IMG/VR virus record: IMGVR_UViG_3300045988_171089
Reading direction: 5' to 3' (one strand)
DNA: 64,000 bases
Source of the DNA: a virus
Positions 35,555 to 46,030 of this stretch are shown here, piece after piece. The notes beneath the pieces are model-generated. The model searched no databases and was not told the origin of the DNA. It saw nothing but the letters and a program-made list of their open reading frames with translations. A program made the position numbers and the translations under genes. Every line of letters begins with the position of its first letter. The stretch's first letter is position 1.

Positions 35555-35884
35555 TTAGCGGTAATTCTCAAACTTCTTGAGAAGTGCCCTGTTCAGGTCG
35601 CTAAAGTCCATCTCCGTGGCATAGTGCACGTTACCTTCTTCGTCAATTACGCCTTCACTCGAAACTTCGAGCGTGCGGTGGCTGTAGGGGAACCCGCCGC
35701 TAAGCCTGATACCAAGAATCTGCTTACGCCTGAATCGGGAAACCTGAATATAGTCACCATACATGACCGTTTCCTTACCAATACAGAGCTTCTTCTTGTT
35801 CGCGGTCAGGAACCCCATTACGTCTTGAATCTTGAGAGCGTCAGAAACGGTCATCTCGACAACATAATCTTCCACCAGGTACAT
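35555..35884 (-). CDS. hypothetical protein, tandem paralog 1 of 3
   Basis: Shares MTVSDAL...EDFSDL(T/N)(D/N/R)ALL(E/K)(K/E)FE with next two genes. Confidence 0.55.
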   Translation of the reverse strand: MYLVEDYVVEMTVSDALKIQDVMGFLTANKKKLCIGKETVMYGDYIQVSRFRRKQILGIRLSGGFPYSHRTLEVSSEGVIDEEGNVHYATEMDFSDLNRALLKKFENYR

Positions 35885-35932
35885 GATTAAATCCTTTCGA
35901 GTAGGTAGGTGTAGTGGGGTGGCTTGAAGGGG

Positions 35933-36298
35933 TTATGGGGTAATCTCAAACTTTTCGAGAAGAGCGTTGGTTAGGTCGCTAAAGTCTTCGCTAGGGATGT
36001 AGTACTCGTTGTACTCTTCATCAATCATTGCCAAACTTGCAATTTCGAGTACCTTACCACCCCATGAGTAGCGGTCATGGAACCTAATATTAAGTCCCTG
36101 TTCACCCTTGAGTCGGTGAACGTCGATAGACTCGTTGCCGGACGTGTACATGTATAAGCCACTATCAATGTTGTACTTACCGTTTGCGGGGAAAATATTA
36201 AGCTTCTCCCTATTCGCGGCAAGGAAGTCCTTTACTTCCTGAAGGGTAAGAGACTCGGGAACGGTCATGTATGCGTCAAATTCATCAATTCGGTGCAT
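35933..36298 (-). CDS. hypothetical protein, tandem paralog 2 of 3
   Basis: Paralog of 35555..35884 and 36344..36697. Confidence 0.55.
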   Translation of the reverse strand: MHRIDEFDAYMTVPESLTLQEVKDFLAANREKLNIFPANGKYNIDSGLYMYTSGNESIDVHRLKGEQGLNIRFHDRYSWGGKVLEIASLAMIDEEYNEYYIPSEDFSDLTNALLEKFEITP

Positions 36299-36343
36299 GG
36301 TTACAGTCCTTCCAATAAGGGGTGGTAGAGTGTTGCTTGAGGG

Positions 36344-36697
36344 CTAGTGAATGTCAGTCTCAAACTCTTCAAGAAGAGCGTCGGTCAGGTCGCTAAAGTC
36401 TTCGCAGGGAATAAGATACCCATAACCGTCTTCGTTGTACATGTCTTCACTCGAAAGTTCGAGCACCTTGTACTTTCCGCTGGGTGCGTTATTGGGTGCG
36501 AGGTATCGCGCTTTAAAGGTGATACCAAGCATCTGCTCACCATTGAAGCGGGGAACCTGGAGGTAGTTATCCGACAGGTGCAACTCGTCATCAATACCGA
36601 GCTCATCCTTGTTTTCGGTAAGAAACTCGATTACGTCCTGAAACTCAAGAGCATCGGAGACAGTCATACGGGCATCATAGTTATCAATCAGGTACAT
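36344..36697 (-). CDS. hypothetical protein, tandem paralog 3 of 3
   Basis: Paralog of 35555..35884 and 35933..36298. Confidence 0.55.
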   Translation of the reverse strand: MYLIDNYDARMTVSDALEFQDVIEFLTENKDELGIDDELHLSDNYLQVPRFNGEQMLGITFKARYLAPNNAPSGKYKVLELSSEDMYNEDGYGYLIPCEDFSDLTDALLEEFETDIH

Positions 36698-36774
36698 AAT
36701 TAAAACCTTTCGAGTAGGTAGGTATAGGGTGTAGGTAGTACCCCTTAGCGGGATACCCCCTTGCTTACATTTCT

Positions 36775-36803
36775 ATTATGGCACACCCATAACCCCTATG
36801 CAA
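36775..36803 (-). promoter_or_regulatory. representative of the conserved promoter family (TTGCAT-N17-CATAAT) with flanking dyad AACCCCTATG / CATAGGGGTT
   Basis: Dyad arms at 36791-36800 and 36828-36837 bracket the -35; downstream transcribed motif TATATAAGCAAGGGG. Confidence 0.55.
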
Positions 36804-36860
36804 GCCAGAATCACGTGAAATAGCTCACATAGGGGTTACGGGTTCTACTTATAATCTGGT

Positions 36861-37217
36861 TTAGTAATCGTCGTCGTCATGCTCTGTAAACATGACCAAA
36901 CTAAAGTTGTCATCATCATCGTAAGAGCCTCGCCGCCCAAATTCGGTCACACTATAGGAACCATCATCAGCGTCATATTCTTCGTGATAATATTCCCCAG
37001 CGGGGTCATATTCCTCATAATCATCATCGTGATACCCGTCATGTGGTTCACGGCTCCATGATTTATCCTCGTGATACTCTTCGCCGTAATCATCATGCCC
37101 CTCAGAATCAGGGGCGGGCTTTTCACCCTTATTACCAAGGGCGCTACCCCAGAGGGGAATACTATTCTTGATGCTGTCGATAATCTTGGTAATTGTGTCG
37201 ATTCCAAAAAGTGCCAT
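36861..37217 (-). CDS. hypothetical highly acidic protein (118 aa)
   Basis: ORF track; D/E/Y-rich. Confidence 0.45.
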   Translation of the reverse strand: MALFGIDTITKIIDSIKNSIPLWGSALGNKGEKPAPDSEGHDDYGEEYHEDKSWSREPHDGYHDDDYEEYDPAGEYYHEEYDADDGSYSVTEFGRRGSYDDDDNFSLVMFTEHDDDDY

Positions 37218-37248
37218 AGGTAAGTAACCTTTCGTTAGTGGGTGCTTT

Positions 37249-37641
37249 TTATCCTTCGTGGATAGCTAGGAACACGTCTCCAAGCCGGGTTACTCGAACA
37301 GCCGCGATTTTTCCTACACGCGCCCCGTCCTTACTTGTAATAGTCTTATTGACAAGGTACCGCTGGTTCATCATTGACTGCTCATTGATTGAAGCAATAA
37401 GCTCTGCATCACTATACAAGAACACCTTACCATTGACAGGTGCCCCGAATTGTGCGCGTCCAAATACGTAACCCGCTGTTGTTAGCAGGTGTTCTTTATC
37501 CATATTTTCAAGAACTTCTAGAATATCCTCTAGGGCGTACTTATCTCCAGTGACAGGTTTGCATGTTGCCTCAAGTACCCGTGCGACTTTCTTGCTCTTA
37601 ATCTTACTTACTGAAATTCCATGACAAGTGAAATATGCCAT
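37249..37641 (-). CDS. hypothetical protein, cassette gene A (130 aa)
   Basis: Paralog of 38209..38601 (same length). Confidence 0.55.
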   Translation of the reverse strand: MAYFTCHGISVSKIKSKKVARVLEATCKPVTGDKYALEDILEVLENMDKEHLLTTAGYVFGRAQFGAPVNGKVFLYSDAELIASINEQSMMNQRYLVNKTITSKDGARVGKIAAVRVTRLGDVFLAIHEG

Positions 37642-37666
37642 TAGCTTATCTTCCTATCTTCTAGCT

Positions 37667-38104
37667 TTAGGCACCACTAGCATCATACATAACGTACATG
37701 CTTCCAGTGTCCGATACGTAAACGTCACCAATCCTGAAAGTTGGGTTACGTGGCTCACCCCAATTGAACCGCTTGCCCACTAGTAAGCGAGGGTTCTTCA
37801 CGACTTCCAACGGTACATCAAGAATCTTCTCACCAAGCATGATGAGCGGCGCGGTCATCTTGATAGGGTCTACCACACCAAAGCTTACGTGAGCAAAAAT
37901 ATCGGCGTCAATGAAAGGTTCTACCCCATAACGACGATAGGCGCTTGATTCTTCCAGTAGGGCAAGACCCTTCATGATATTTTGTGGTGTGGCATACGGC
38001 TTATTGTCGTGATAGATAACATCTTTACCGATACAGCCCTTCAGCTCTTGGTTGCTCTTACTGTCAAGGGTGACCTTCGTGATGGGGATTTGGTTAAAGC
38101 CCAT
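37667..38104 (-). CDS. hypothetical protein, cassette gene B (145 aa)
   Basis: Paralog of 38617..39042. Confidence 0.55.
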   Translation of the reverse strand: MGFNQIPITKVTLDSKSNQELKGCIGKDVIYHDNKPYATPQNIMKGLALLEESSAYRRYGVEPFIDADIFAHVSFGVVDPIKMTAPLIMLGEKILDVPLEVVKNPRLLVGKRFNWGEPRNPTFRIGDVYVSDTGSMYVMYDASGA

Positions 38105-38208
38105 GATTTTCTACTTCTCTTTCTCTCAGTATATAGGTGTGTTGGTTACCTTCAAATGGAGACCGTGCGGTGTGCCCTGTCAAGCACCCCGCTACATGGC
38201 GTAACCTG

Positions 38209-38601
38209 TTATTCTTCGCGGATAGCTAAGAGTAGCCCTCCGTACTGGGTGACACGAATACTTTCAATGGTTCCTTTTCCACCGGCTTTTAGGGTCACCT
38301 CTTCGCCTAGTAGCTTGTTGGGGTCAAGCATTGCTCCTGCATCAAAAGTGCCTAAAACGTGCAAGTCGTCATTTAGGGTCACCTTTCCGCGATTCACTAC
38401 ACCGAATAGTGCGCCCTTGAAGGTGTAGCGGTACTTACTACCTCCATCATTGGAGGAGAACGCTTGAGTTTTCTCAAGTTTTTCAATGGCTGATAGGACA
38501 TCTTCTAGAGTGTACCCGCCATTGACCGGCTTGTACATTACTTGCAGTAGCTCTCCAACCTCAGTGGAGATGGTGAACGCTTTTGAGGGAATGGTTTCCA
38601 A
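38209..38601 (-). CDS. hypothetical protein, cassette gene A' (130 aa)
   Basis: Paralog of 37249..37641. Confidence 0.55.
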   Translation of the reverse strand: METIPSKAFTISTEVGELLQVMYKPVNGGYTLEDVLSAIEKLEKTQAFSSNDGGSKYRYTFKGALFGVVNRGKVTLNDDLHVLGTFDAGAMLDPNKLLGEEVTLKAGGKGTIESIRVTQYGGLLLAIREE

Positions 38602-38616
38602 GGTGTTTCCTTTCTA

Positions 38617-39042
38617 TCATCTAGCTATTCCGTATGCAATATATAGGGCACTCTGCCCTGTTGTATATACGCTGGTAATCTCGCATGTGTAGGTGGCACC
38701 TTCATACTTGAATTTCTTACCGACTAGGAGGGTGGGTTCTTTCAGAGCTTCTAGGGGTGCGTTTAGTAGCTTACGCCCGTCCGCAATAAGCGGCACGGTT
38801 TTCGATTCAGTATTTACTACACCAAATCCTGCAACCCTGAATGAGGGTACTGATGGTTCGTTCCAGTAATCGACGTATGCGTTATCTTCTCCAATGGCGG
38901 CGAGTCCGCGTAGAATGTCCTTCACAGCGCAGTATTCTCTGCCGTCCTTACGGATAATATTGTCGCTCAGGTATGCCTTGAGTACCCTGTTCGACTTCGT
39001 AGCTAAATGTACCTTCATGATGGGAATGAGGGGTGCACTCAT
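38617..39042 (-). CDS. hypothetical protein, cassette gene B' (141 aa)
   Basis: Paralog of 37667..38104. Confidence 0.55.
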   Translation of the reverse strand: MSAPLIPIMKVHLATKSNRVLKAYLSDNIIRKDGREYCAVKDILRGLAAIGEDNAYVDYWNEPSVPSFRVAGFGVVNTESKTVPLIADGRKLLNAPLEALKEPTLLVGKKFKYEGATYTCEITSVYTTGQSALYIAYGIAR

Positions 39043-39167
39043 GGTTTACGTTCCTTTACTCTTATAGGGGCGGGTAGGGGGTTGTTCCGTAACGGCACCC
39101 CTGGGGTGTTGGTGGCGTACCCCTAGTGCCTTTCTGGTTAGCTCTAGGGGTATGCCTGCGGGGTGGG

Positions 39168-39641
39168 TTATGCCATATAGAACGTGTCACTCACGTTGTG
39201 CTTGATGACCTGTCCGTCTTTGTCCTTGAACTCTTCACGCCCATCACAGACTGCTGTGTCGCTTTCTTTGTGGAGGAAGTACGAATATCCGGTGCTGGAC
39301 TTTTCAGGGTCACCGCTCCAGTTCGTCCAACCTTCCTCGGGGTCTGTGTACTTGTCAGCGTATCGCCACTGGTAGCTACCGCTGTGCCATTCTGAGCCGT
39401 CATAGGGGCATGAGCCCATAGAGCCGTCAGCGTTTAGGCACGGGCGCATTTCGTGGACGCTTTCATAATATCCGGGGCTGTAGTTTCGGATTTCTACACG
39501 GACTTCCTGGCTGGTTTCGTTCCTAATGCACGTATTAGGTTTTTCGGTGGCACTCATAACCCCGACTACGCCTAGACTAACCACCATTGCGGTTACCGCT
39601 TTACCGATTATACTACCAATGGTTTCTTCTTCGTCACTCAT
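39168..39641 (-). CDS. exported Cys-containing protein, family member 2 of 3
   Basis: See 32983..33429. Confidence 0.55.
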   Translation of the reverse strand: MSDEEETIGSIIGKAVTAMVVSLGVVGVMSATEKPNTCIRNETSQEVRVEIRNYSPGYYESVHEMRPCLNADGSMGSCPYDGSEWHSGSYQWRYADKYTDPEEGWTNWSGDPEKSSTGYSYFLHKESDTAVCDGREEFKDKDGQVIKHNVSDTFYMA

Positions 39642-39677
39642 TAGCTTTTCTTTTCGTAGTAGGTGTATTGGCGACGA

Positions 39678-40043
39678 CTACCGTTCTAGTTCCTTGAGGC
39701 AATTAACTACCGACTCGAAGGTGTCTACGCTTGCATCTGACCATTCAAAGTAATCTTCATGAATGGCTTCACCGTCTACCACGAGGGAGTTCTTAGAGTC
39801 CACACCCTCATAGATATACACTTCCATCTGCTGTTCTTGGTCGCCAAACTCAAGGTTGATGATACCAATCTGCTTACCCATAGGCTTACCAATCCAGCCG
39901 CCGGTGTACTCTCGAACGTTTTCGTTCTTCATGCTCTTCATAGTGTGCTCAATATGTGCGAAAATATCCTCGACGGTGTAAGTATTGGGGATGAAGATAT
40001 GGCGCTCGCGGCTAAACTCTTCGTTCATGAAGTCCCAGGACAT
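39678..40043 (-). CDS. hypothetical protein, paralog pair (121 aa)
   Basis: FSRERHI(F/Y)(I/L)P(N/D)TYTVEDIF(A/N)HIE shared with 40241..40561. Confidence 0.5.
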   Translation of the reverse strand: MSWDFMNEEFSRERHIFIPNTYTVEDIFAHIEHTMKSMKNENVREYTGGWIGKPMGKQIGIINLEFGDQEQQMEVYIYEGVDSKNSLVVDGEAIHEDYFEWSDASVDTFESVVNCLKELER

Positions 40044-40240
40044 GGTATCTATTCCTTTCAGGGGATAGTGGATAGTGGGTAGGTATCGGGGCGTTTCCCC
40101 GCTTACTTAATATACTTCCATTATGGCACACTCTAGTATGAGGTGCAACCTAAAACACTGTGATTTAAGCAACACTGCAATAAGAAACAGTAAACCCCTA
40201 GGCGCTCATTCACCTAGAGGTTTAATGTTACGTGCAACGC

Positions 40241-40561
40241 CTAGTCATTGAGTTTACCAAGGCACTCGATTACACTTTCAAAGGCGTTCACGCTTGCAGA
40301 CGACCAGTCTTCATAATCTTCACCGACGGTTTCACCGTCTACTACGAGGTGGTTGGATTCATAGATGCACACCTCAATTTCCTGTTCATTGTCGCCAAAC
40401 ACGAAGTGGATAATTCCAATCTGTTCACCGGCGGGTTCACCAAGGTTGCAGGAGGTGTATTCTATGGTGTCTTCGCTGGCTTCGATGTGGTTGAAAATAT
40501 CTTCAACGGTGTAGGTGTCAGGGAGGTAGATGTGGCGCTCGCGGCTAAAGAACTCGGTCAT
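40241..40561 (-). CDS. hypothetical protein, paralog pair (106 aa)
   Basis: Paralog of 39678..40043. Confidence 0.5.
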   Translation of the reverse strand: MTEFFSRERHIYLPDTYTVEDIFNHIEASEDTIEYTSCNLGEPAGEQIGIIHFVFGDNEQEIEVCIYESNHLVVDGETVGEDYEDWSSASVNAFESVIECLGKLND

Positions 40562-40886
40562 GATGTCATTCCTTTACAGTAGTGGGTAATAATGTTCGCG
40601 TGCGGGGTATATTCCCGCCCTATTGGTATATAACTATTATGGCACACTATATAGTTACTTGTAAGCTAAAGTCATGTGATTTACGGCACTTTTAGCAATA
40701 TGAAACCCTTAGAAGCATAAAAGCCACAGAAACCCCTGTGTTGCCCATTATTTTTACAGGGGTATAATTATGCCGCCTATACCCCCGAGTGCTTCTAGAG
40801 CCCCCTAGAGGGCTTCCAGGGGGTGTTTAGAGGCAATAGTGAAGCCCCTTAGCTTTATCTGTAGCTAAGGGGCTTCAATATTAGCC

Positions 40887-41345
40887 TTAGTGCTCTTCGT
40901 ATTCGCCTTCAATGTCCATGATTTCGTAGGAAGAGGAGGGGGACTCTTCAAGCTCAATGTCACCGAACAGGTATTCAGTCCATGCGGCTACCATGTCTTC
41001 AATCTTTGCGTCTACTTCATCCTGCACTTCCTTGAGATTGGCACCGGCGGGAATTTCCTGGGTGTGCTCAAAGTAGAGCTTTCCGTCCTTAATGGCTTCA
41101 CTGAACGCTTCAAGCTCTTCACCTGCAAGGTAGTAGATAGCCTCATCAAAACCGATAATGATACCGTCTTCGAGCTCCCACTCAACAGTTACGTAGTTGC
41201 TGATGTTAGTGAAGTCCTTGCTGTATGCGCCACATTCAAGCTCGGTACGGTTCAGGGTTTCAAAGCGTGCTACGAGCGGGGTTGCATGACCCTCGTCCTG
41301 AAGGGTTGCAAAAGCATTGCGGAGGTTAGCAATAGATACGGTCAT
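40887..41345 (-). CDS. hypothetical acidic protein; start moved to ATG 41345
   Basis: ORF track 40887..41474; conserved leader CTATCTACCGAAAGGG precedes 41345. Confidence 0.5.
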   Translation of the reverse strand: MTVSIANLRNAFATLQDEGHATPLVARFETLNRTELECGAYSKDFTNISNYVTVEWELEDGIIIGFDEAIYYLAGEELEAFSEAIKDGKLYFEHTQEIPAGANLKEVQDEVDAKIEDMVAAWTEYLFGDIELEESPSSSYEIMDIEGEYEEH

Positions 41346-41485
41346 GATGGTTACCCTTTCGGTAGATAGATAGATAGTGGAACTGGCATCAGGGGTAGCA
41401 CCCCTTTGCTTTATATAACTATTATAACACACTCTAGTAGAGTATGCAAGCTGAAACCATGTGAAATGAGCCATGTGACTAACGG

Positions 41486-41884
41486 CTAGTAGTCACAAAT
41501 ACCGCAATCGTTAGCATATTTAACAATCAGCTCACGGATAGCTGTACCGTCTTCATCAAATGCACAGCCGTAGCGGTGGAAGTCGTTCTCGCACATACAC
41601 TTATCTACTGGATGGTCTTTTGCGTCTTCGGGGTTCACGTATTCCAGTTCGTCGCAAATCTGCTCGTCGTCAAATCCAAAAAAGACAAACTTACCGTTTG
41701 TGTTAGGTGTATATTCTAGGCAGAACCAATGACCATTATTGAGCTCAAACTCAATGCGTTCACCATTGCGCTCTATAGTAGCTTGCTTGATAGAGTGGGT
41801 ACCCATGCCCTTGATATACTCAAAGATGCTACTGAACTTCACGTCGCCGTGTAGCTGATACTCCCAAACGGGATTGATAAACAT
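41486..41884 (-). CDS. hypothetical Cys-rich protein; start moved to ATG 41884 (SD AGAAGGGG)
   Basis: ORF track 41486..41959. Confidence 0.5.
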   Translation of the reverse strand: MFINPVWEYQLHGDVKFSSIFEYIKGMGTHSIKQATIERNGERIEFELNNGHWFCLEYTPNTNGKFVFFGFDDEQICDELEYVNPEDAKDHPVDKCMCENDFHRYGCAFDEDGTAIRELIVKYANDCGICDY

Positions 41885-42072
41885 TGGATTCCCCTTCTTG
41901 CTAGGTAGATACTGAATACTTGAGGGAATACCCCTCGGCGTATTCCTATTATGACACACCTACACCCCCCATGCAAGCTGAAACTATGTGAATTAGCTTA
42001 CATAGGGGGTGTTTTGGGGATATTCTCAGTATTGCCACCTAATCCGGGTCGCTCAAACATTTCATTCCATGT

Positions 42073-42459
42073 TTACTTATCCGCATTACCCCGCTCTTTG
42101 CTTTTAGCGATTTCCTGAATAAGTTTCTCGACACTAGCTTCCCCTTCTTGAATCATGCGGTTAGCTTCACCAAGGGTTACCTGACCATCACACACAATTA
42201 CTTCTAAGGACTTAACGCCCGTCTTTCCGGTCGGTGACTGTAGGGCATGTTCGAGTTCGTCGGTCATACCCCTAAGTGTGAGTCCTAGATTTTCGAGCTT
42301 ATAGGTAATGGTATCCATTTCACTAAAGATGGGATTATCTTTAGGTAGTTCGTCGGTAAGGTTGCATATGCGGACGTTACGCCTCATTTCCCGAATGGTC
42401 GCCCAAACCTTATCGCCGGTTTCACGCAACATTTCGGGGGTTACATTGACTTCTTCCAT
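42073..42459 (-). CDS. hypothetical protein (128 aa)
   Basis: ORF track. Confidence 0.5.
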   Translation of the reverse strand: MEEVNVTPEMLRETGDKVWATIREMRRNVRICNLTDELPKDNPIFSEMDTITYKLENLGLTLRGMTDELEHALQSPTGKTGVKSLEVIVCDGQVTLGEANRMIQEGEASVEKLIQEIAKSKERGNADK

Positions 42460-42673
42460 TATCTAGTCTTTCTGTGTGATTGGTTATAGGGTTACATTCA
42501 CAGCCTACCATACGCCTAGTGGCGCGGGGCATGACATGGCGATGATTACTAGGAGCATGTTCTACTGTTCCTGTTGATTTAAGGTGTAAGGGGTGTGTCT
42601 ATTCCCCGCCTGATAAGCTAGACAAGCGGGGAATAGGTGGGTTTACAAAGCTCAGCCGCTACATGTTCCCGCA

Positions 42674-43057
42674 CTAGCTCTTGGAGCTTAGGTGCGCTTG
42701 GATAAACCCGTGGGCGGCAAATACGGTGCGGGCAATAATGGCTACTACAAGAATGTTTGAAATTACGCCAACAATGACCGCTAGAACTAGCGGATAACCT
42801 TCATTAACCCCGGCGTGTTTAAATACTTCCGTGAGAGTTGCCAGCTCCCAAATCCCGCCAAACACGACTAGTACAGCACTCACAGCCATAGTGAATCCTA
42901 TCCTCGCCTCTTTATCACGAATAATTAGTGCAATTACAGCAGTAGAAAGCCCGAGGCATATAACGAACATAATACCATGTGCAATGAAAGAAACCCATAG
43001 TGGGGAGTCAATCAAAAACTGGGTGGGGTTGAAAGAGTTGAAAATATTTACAAGCAT
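42674..43057 (-). CDS. membrane protein (127 aa, 4 TM)
   Basis: Hydrophobic helices. Confidence 0.5.
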   Translation of the reverse strand: MLVNIFNSFNPTQFLIDSPLWVSFIAHGIMFVICLGLSTAVIALIIRDKEARIGFTMAVSAVLVVFGGIWELATLTEVFKHAGVNEGYPLVLAVIVGVISNILVVAIIARTVFAAHGFIQAHLSSKS

Positions 43058-43111
43058 TTCGAGGGTTTCCTTTCATTGAAAGTGCCTGTTTGATTGTTGC
43101 GCATGTGACTG

Positions 43112-43504
43112 TTATACGATTTCGCGAAACGTCAAGTATCCAGAATCACTGGTTCCGTCAGCTTCGATGGTGTATTTCTTGATGGTTCGTTTCATCATGC
43201 CTGCGCCTGCCAACAAGTAGCTCAAGCCTTCGTTATATTCAGTGTTGATGCGGGTGATAATTTTGGTGCCGTCTTCATAGGTGAAGGTGCCTCCAGGGGT
43301 GGTTTCGATAACCTTTTCAGCCGTCTGGATTTCCTCAAAGCCGTCGTAGTCGTAATACTCTTCTTCTTCGATTTCAACCTTGCCCCACAAGTGGATAGTT
43401 CCCTTGTTCTGGGCGATGTATTTGACCGCTTCCTTATTGGTCATTTTGGCGTTGTTGTAGATGACCGTGAAAGCTACGGTTACATCTTCGTTAGAGGTAA
43501 ACAT
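43112..43504 (-). CDS. hypothetical protein (130 aa)
   Basis: ORF track. Confidence 0.5.
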   Translation of the reverse strand: MFTSNEDVTVAFTVIYNNAKMTNKEAVKYIAQNKGTIHLWGKVEIEEEEYYDYDGFEEIQTAEKVIETTPGGTFTYEDGTKIITRINTEYNEGLSYLLAGAGMMKRTIKKYTIEADGTSDSGYLTFREIV

Positions 43505-43664
43505 GTGGGTTATAGACCTTTCATAGAGGGGTATAGGGTAGTTGTTTAATGGGGTGCCCCTAGTGCAGGTCGGCTACTAGGGGCATGTTTGGGTGTTTTA
43601 GGCGGTTACGGTCAGGTGACATGTCGCCCAGTATACACTCTGGAGAGCGTGGGTGCCAGGTGGC

Positions 43665-44030
43665 TTAGTAGATGAACTTATGGAACGTTACGGTTGCCGT
43701 ATTGTCATCCTTGACCTTGATTTCAAACTCTTCAATGCGCGCTTCATTGTACCCAGCACTCAAAAGAAAGTATTCAACACTCATAGGGGTATCTACATCT
43801 AGACGCGGGCGAAAAACAGTATTGCCTTCATGGTCTTCAAAGTACATAGTAATATCAACCGTTGCACCGTAATGACCGTAAGACGATTCGGCATAGATGC
43901 AACCATCAAGGCTAATAATGAGATTATCATCCTTGATTCGTTTCACTACTTCTTCACAGGGCAAACCGAAGCCAATATCAAAAGAAATAGGCTCAGAAAA
44001 AGTGCAAGTAGAGTTAGACATTTGGGGCAA
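43665..44030 (-). CDS. hypothetical protein (121 aa)
   Basis: ORF track. Confidence 0.5.
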   Translation of the reverse strand: MPQMSNSTCTFSEPISFDIGFGLPCEEVVKRIKDDNLIISLDGCIYAESSYGHYGATVDITMYFEDHEGNTVFRPRLDVDTPMSVEYFLLSAGYNEARIEEFEIKVKDDNTATVTFHKFIY

Positions 44031-44105
44031 CCTTTCGGTAGGTAGGTGTTAGTGTAGTTCTAGGCACCCCCAATGGGAGGGGTGCTGATAGGGGTTAGAG
44101 TAGGG

Positions 44106-44531
44106 CTATTCGGCTACTTCTTCGAGGATGAGGGTCATGCCGTCGCAGTAGTATGCACCTTCATCGCCGCCGGTACGCACCCATTCCTCGTCTTCGGACT
44201 TGATGACCTTGTAGTGACCAGGCTTAGGGGTTTCGTATCCACGGTTAGACCAGGACTCAGCGACTTGGTTGCGGGTGCTAGGGTCGTATTCCCACTCATC
44301 ACCCGACTTCATGAGGCGGGTAACAGGGTACTCGATTAGTACGGCATCTTCGCCGTAGCGCTGATTTGCCTTCTTGACCGTGATAATGCTACCGGGGCGG
44401 GTTGCAAGGAAGAAAGAGTTTGCCATCTTCATAATGGCTTCATTATGTTCTTCCTGGGTTTCCCATTCGCTCTTTGCAATGCTCTTAGACATAAAGAGCG
44501 GGGAAACCTTGTAGGTCTTCTTTGCGGTCAT
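44106..44531 (-). CDS. hypothetical protein (141 aa)
   Basis: ORF track. Confidence 0.5.
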   Translation of the reverse strand: MTAKKTYKVSPLFMSKSIAKSEWETQEEHNEAIMKMANSFFLATRPGSIITVKKANQRYGEDAVLIEYPVTRLMKSGDEWEYDPSTRNQVAESWSNRGYETPKPGHYKVIKSEDEEWVRTGGDEGAYYCDGMTLILEEVAE

Positions 44532-44675
44532 AGTGTCCAGCCTTTCGGTAGGTAGTTAGTGGATTACGTGTTAGGGGTGATTCCCTAACGGCTTATATAA
44601 CTATTATGGCACACCCCTAACCCTTACGCAAGCTAAAATCATATGAAATAGCTCACATAAGGGTTATTTAAGGGG

Positions 44676-45905
44676 CTACTTATTAAATTCGGCAATGACT
44701 TGCAGGTTACCCCACAGCTCTAGTCGATTCGCCCCGGCTTCCTTCATATGGTATTCACGTTCGCGTTTCACCAGCTTGTGTACGTATTCCTTGAGGTTCT
44801 GAATACGGAAGATGTTTCCGTCTTCATACGATAGCTTACGGACTTCAGCGCCAATGCTAGACGTAAGCGCATGGAGCCAACCTGTATCCTTACTAGGGTC
44901 ACGGAAGTTTAGAAGCTCTTCAAACATCGTTTCACGCTGTCCCATAATGAGCTTATGGTAATCATCAACTAGTGCAGTGTCAGAGCTAGGCAAGATAGCA
45001 TAATCAAACACAGGAATAACGGTACCATCTTCCCAGATGAGCTGTAGAGACACGTTATAGTGGAACTCATGGTCACAGCCTGGCTGACAGTACGTGCCAT
45101 ACTCATCGTCATGCACAGAGACGACGGCTAGAGTGCTCGTTTCGCCGGTACTGAGGTCATTTAGTGTTACCTTTTGGCTAGTGCCGCCGGTGACCTGCAT
45201 GTATTGGGTTGCTACCCTTAGAATGTCACCAACCATAACACCAAGGTCTTGGGTTCCTACGATTCCGTCCTGTAGGTAGATGAACTCATTGCTCGGTTCA
45301 ACCTTGCTTGCTCGCACCTTATCCATGTAGGCGTTTACTCGCTTCTCGTCCTGCTGGGTGATGCGGTTAATAATGTGGGTTACTTCTTGGGTTGCCTTGT
45401 CATACTCAGCGGCAAGGTTACTAGTTTCTTCACTGAGGCAACGCATAATGTCATCTATAGTGTGTTCACTGTTCACTACATGCGGGTTGTTGTGGTACTG
45501 ATTCAAGGGTGCGGCGGGGTTACTGTGCTTAATCATTCGTCCACCGTCGGTCAGAATGTCATGCGCCTCATGTAGTGCGGCGTAGTACTTGTGGATATTA
45601 CGCTTAGTGGCTTCTTCCTTGCTGAAGTGCCCAATAATGTTTACCGGAGTGGACTTTGACGGCTTCGGGTCACGCTTCATCCACTTAGGGGAACTGTGAA
45701 TGATGTGCGTATAGTCGAAACCTTCAGCAGTAGTTCCGGGCTTGTATTCGATTGCGGTGCGGGTATCCCAGTAGGGGCTATCCTTCGTAGTGGAAATATT
45801 GCCGCTAGTGCCCGTGATAGTGTGCATACTGTAGGTGCCCCTCTTAGCATCACTAGCAATGATGGTATCACCAGGCTTCAGGGTGGGGTTATTGAGGTTG
45901 GTCAT
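44676..45905 (-). CDS. hypothetical protein (409 aa)
   Basis: ORF track; largest gene of the small-gene block. Confidence 0.55.
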   Translation of the reverse strand: MTNLNNPTLKPGDTIIASDAKRGTYSMHTITGTSGNISTTKDSPYWDTRTAIEYKPGTTAEGFDYTHIIHSSPKWMKRDPKPSKSTPVNIIGHFSKEEATKRNIHKYYAALHEAHDILTDGGRMIKHSNPAAPLNQYHNNPHVVNSEHTIDDIMRCLSEETSNLAAEYDKATQEVTHIINRITQQDEKRVNAYMDKVRASKVEPSNEFIYLQDGIVGTQDLGVMVGDILRVATQYMQVTGGTSQKVTLNDLSTGETSTLAVVSVHDDEYGTYCQPGCDHEFHYNVSLQLIWEDGTVIPVFDYAILPSSDTALVDDYHKLIMGQRETMFEELLNFRDPSKDTGWLHALTSSIGAEVRKLSYEDGNIFRIQNLKEYVHKLVKREREYHMKEAGANRLELWGNLQVIAEFNK

Positions 45906-46030
45906 AGTAGTTTAGGTTCCTTATCTTAGTGGGTGGGGCAGGGGTGTGGTACCCCTCTAAAGGTAGAAGCTTTCAGTGGTTGTGTAATCTTCATTCCCTT
46001 AGAGGGGTTACTGTGTGGCGCTGGTGACTG

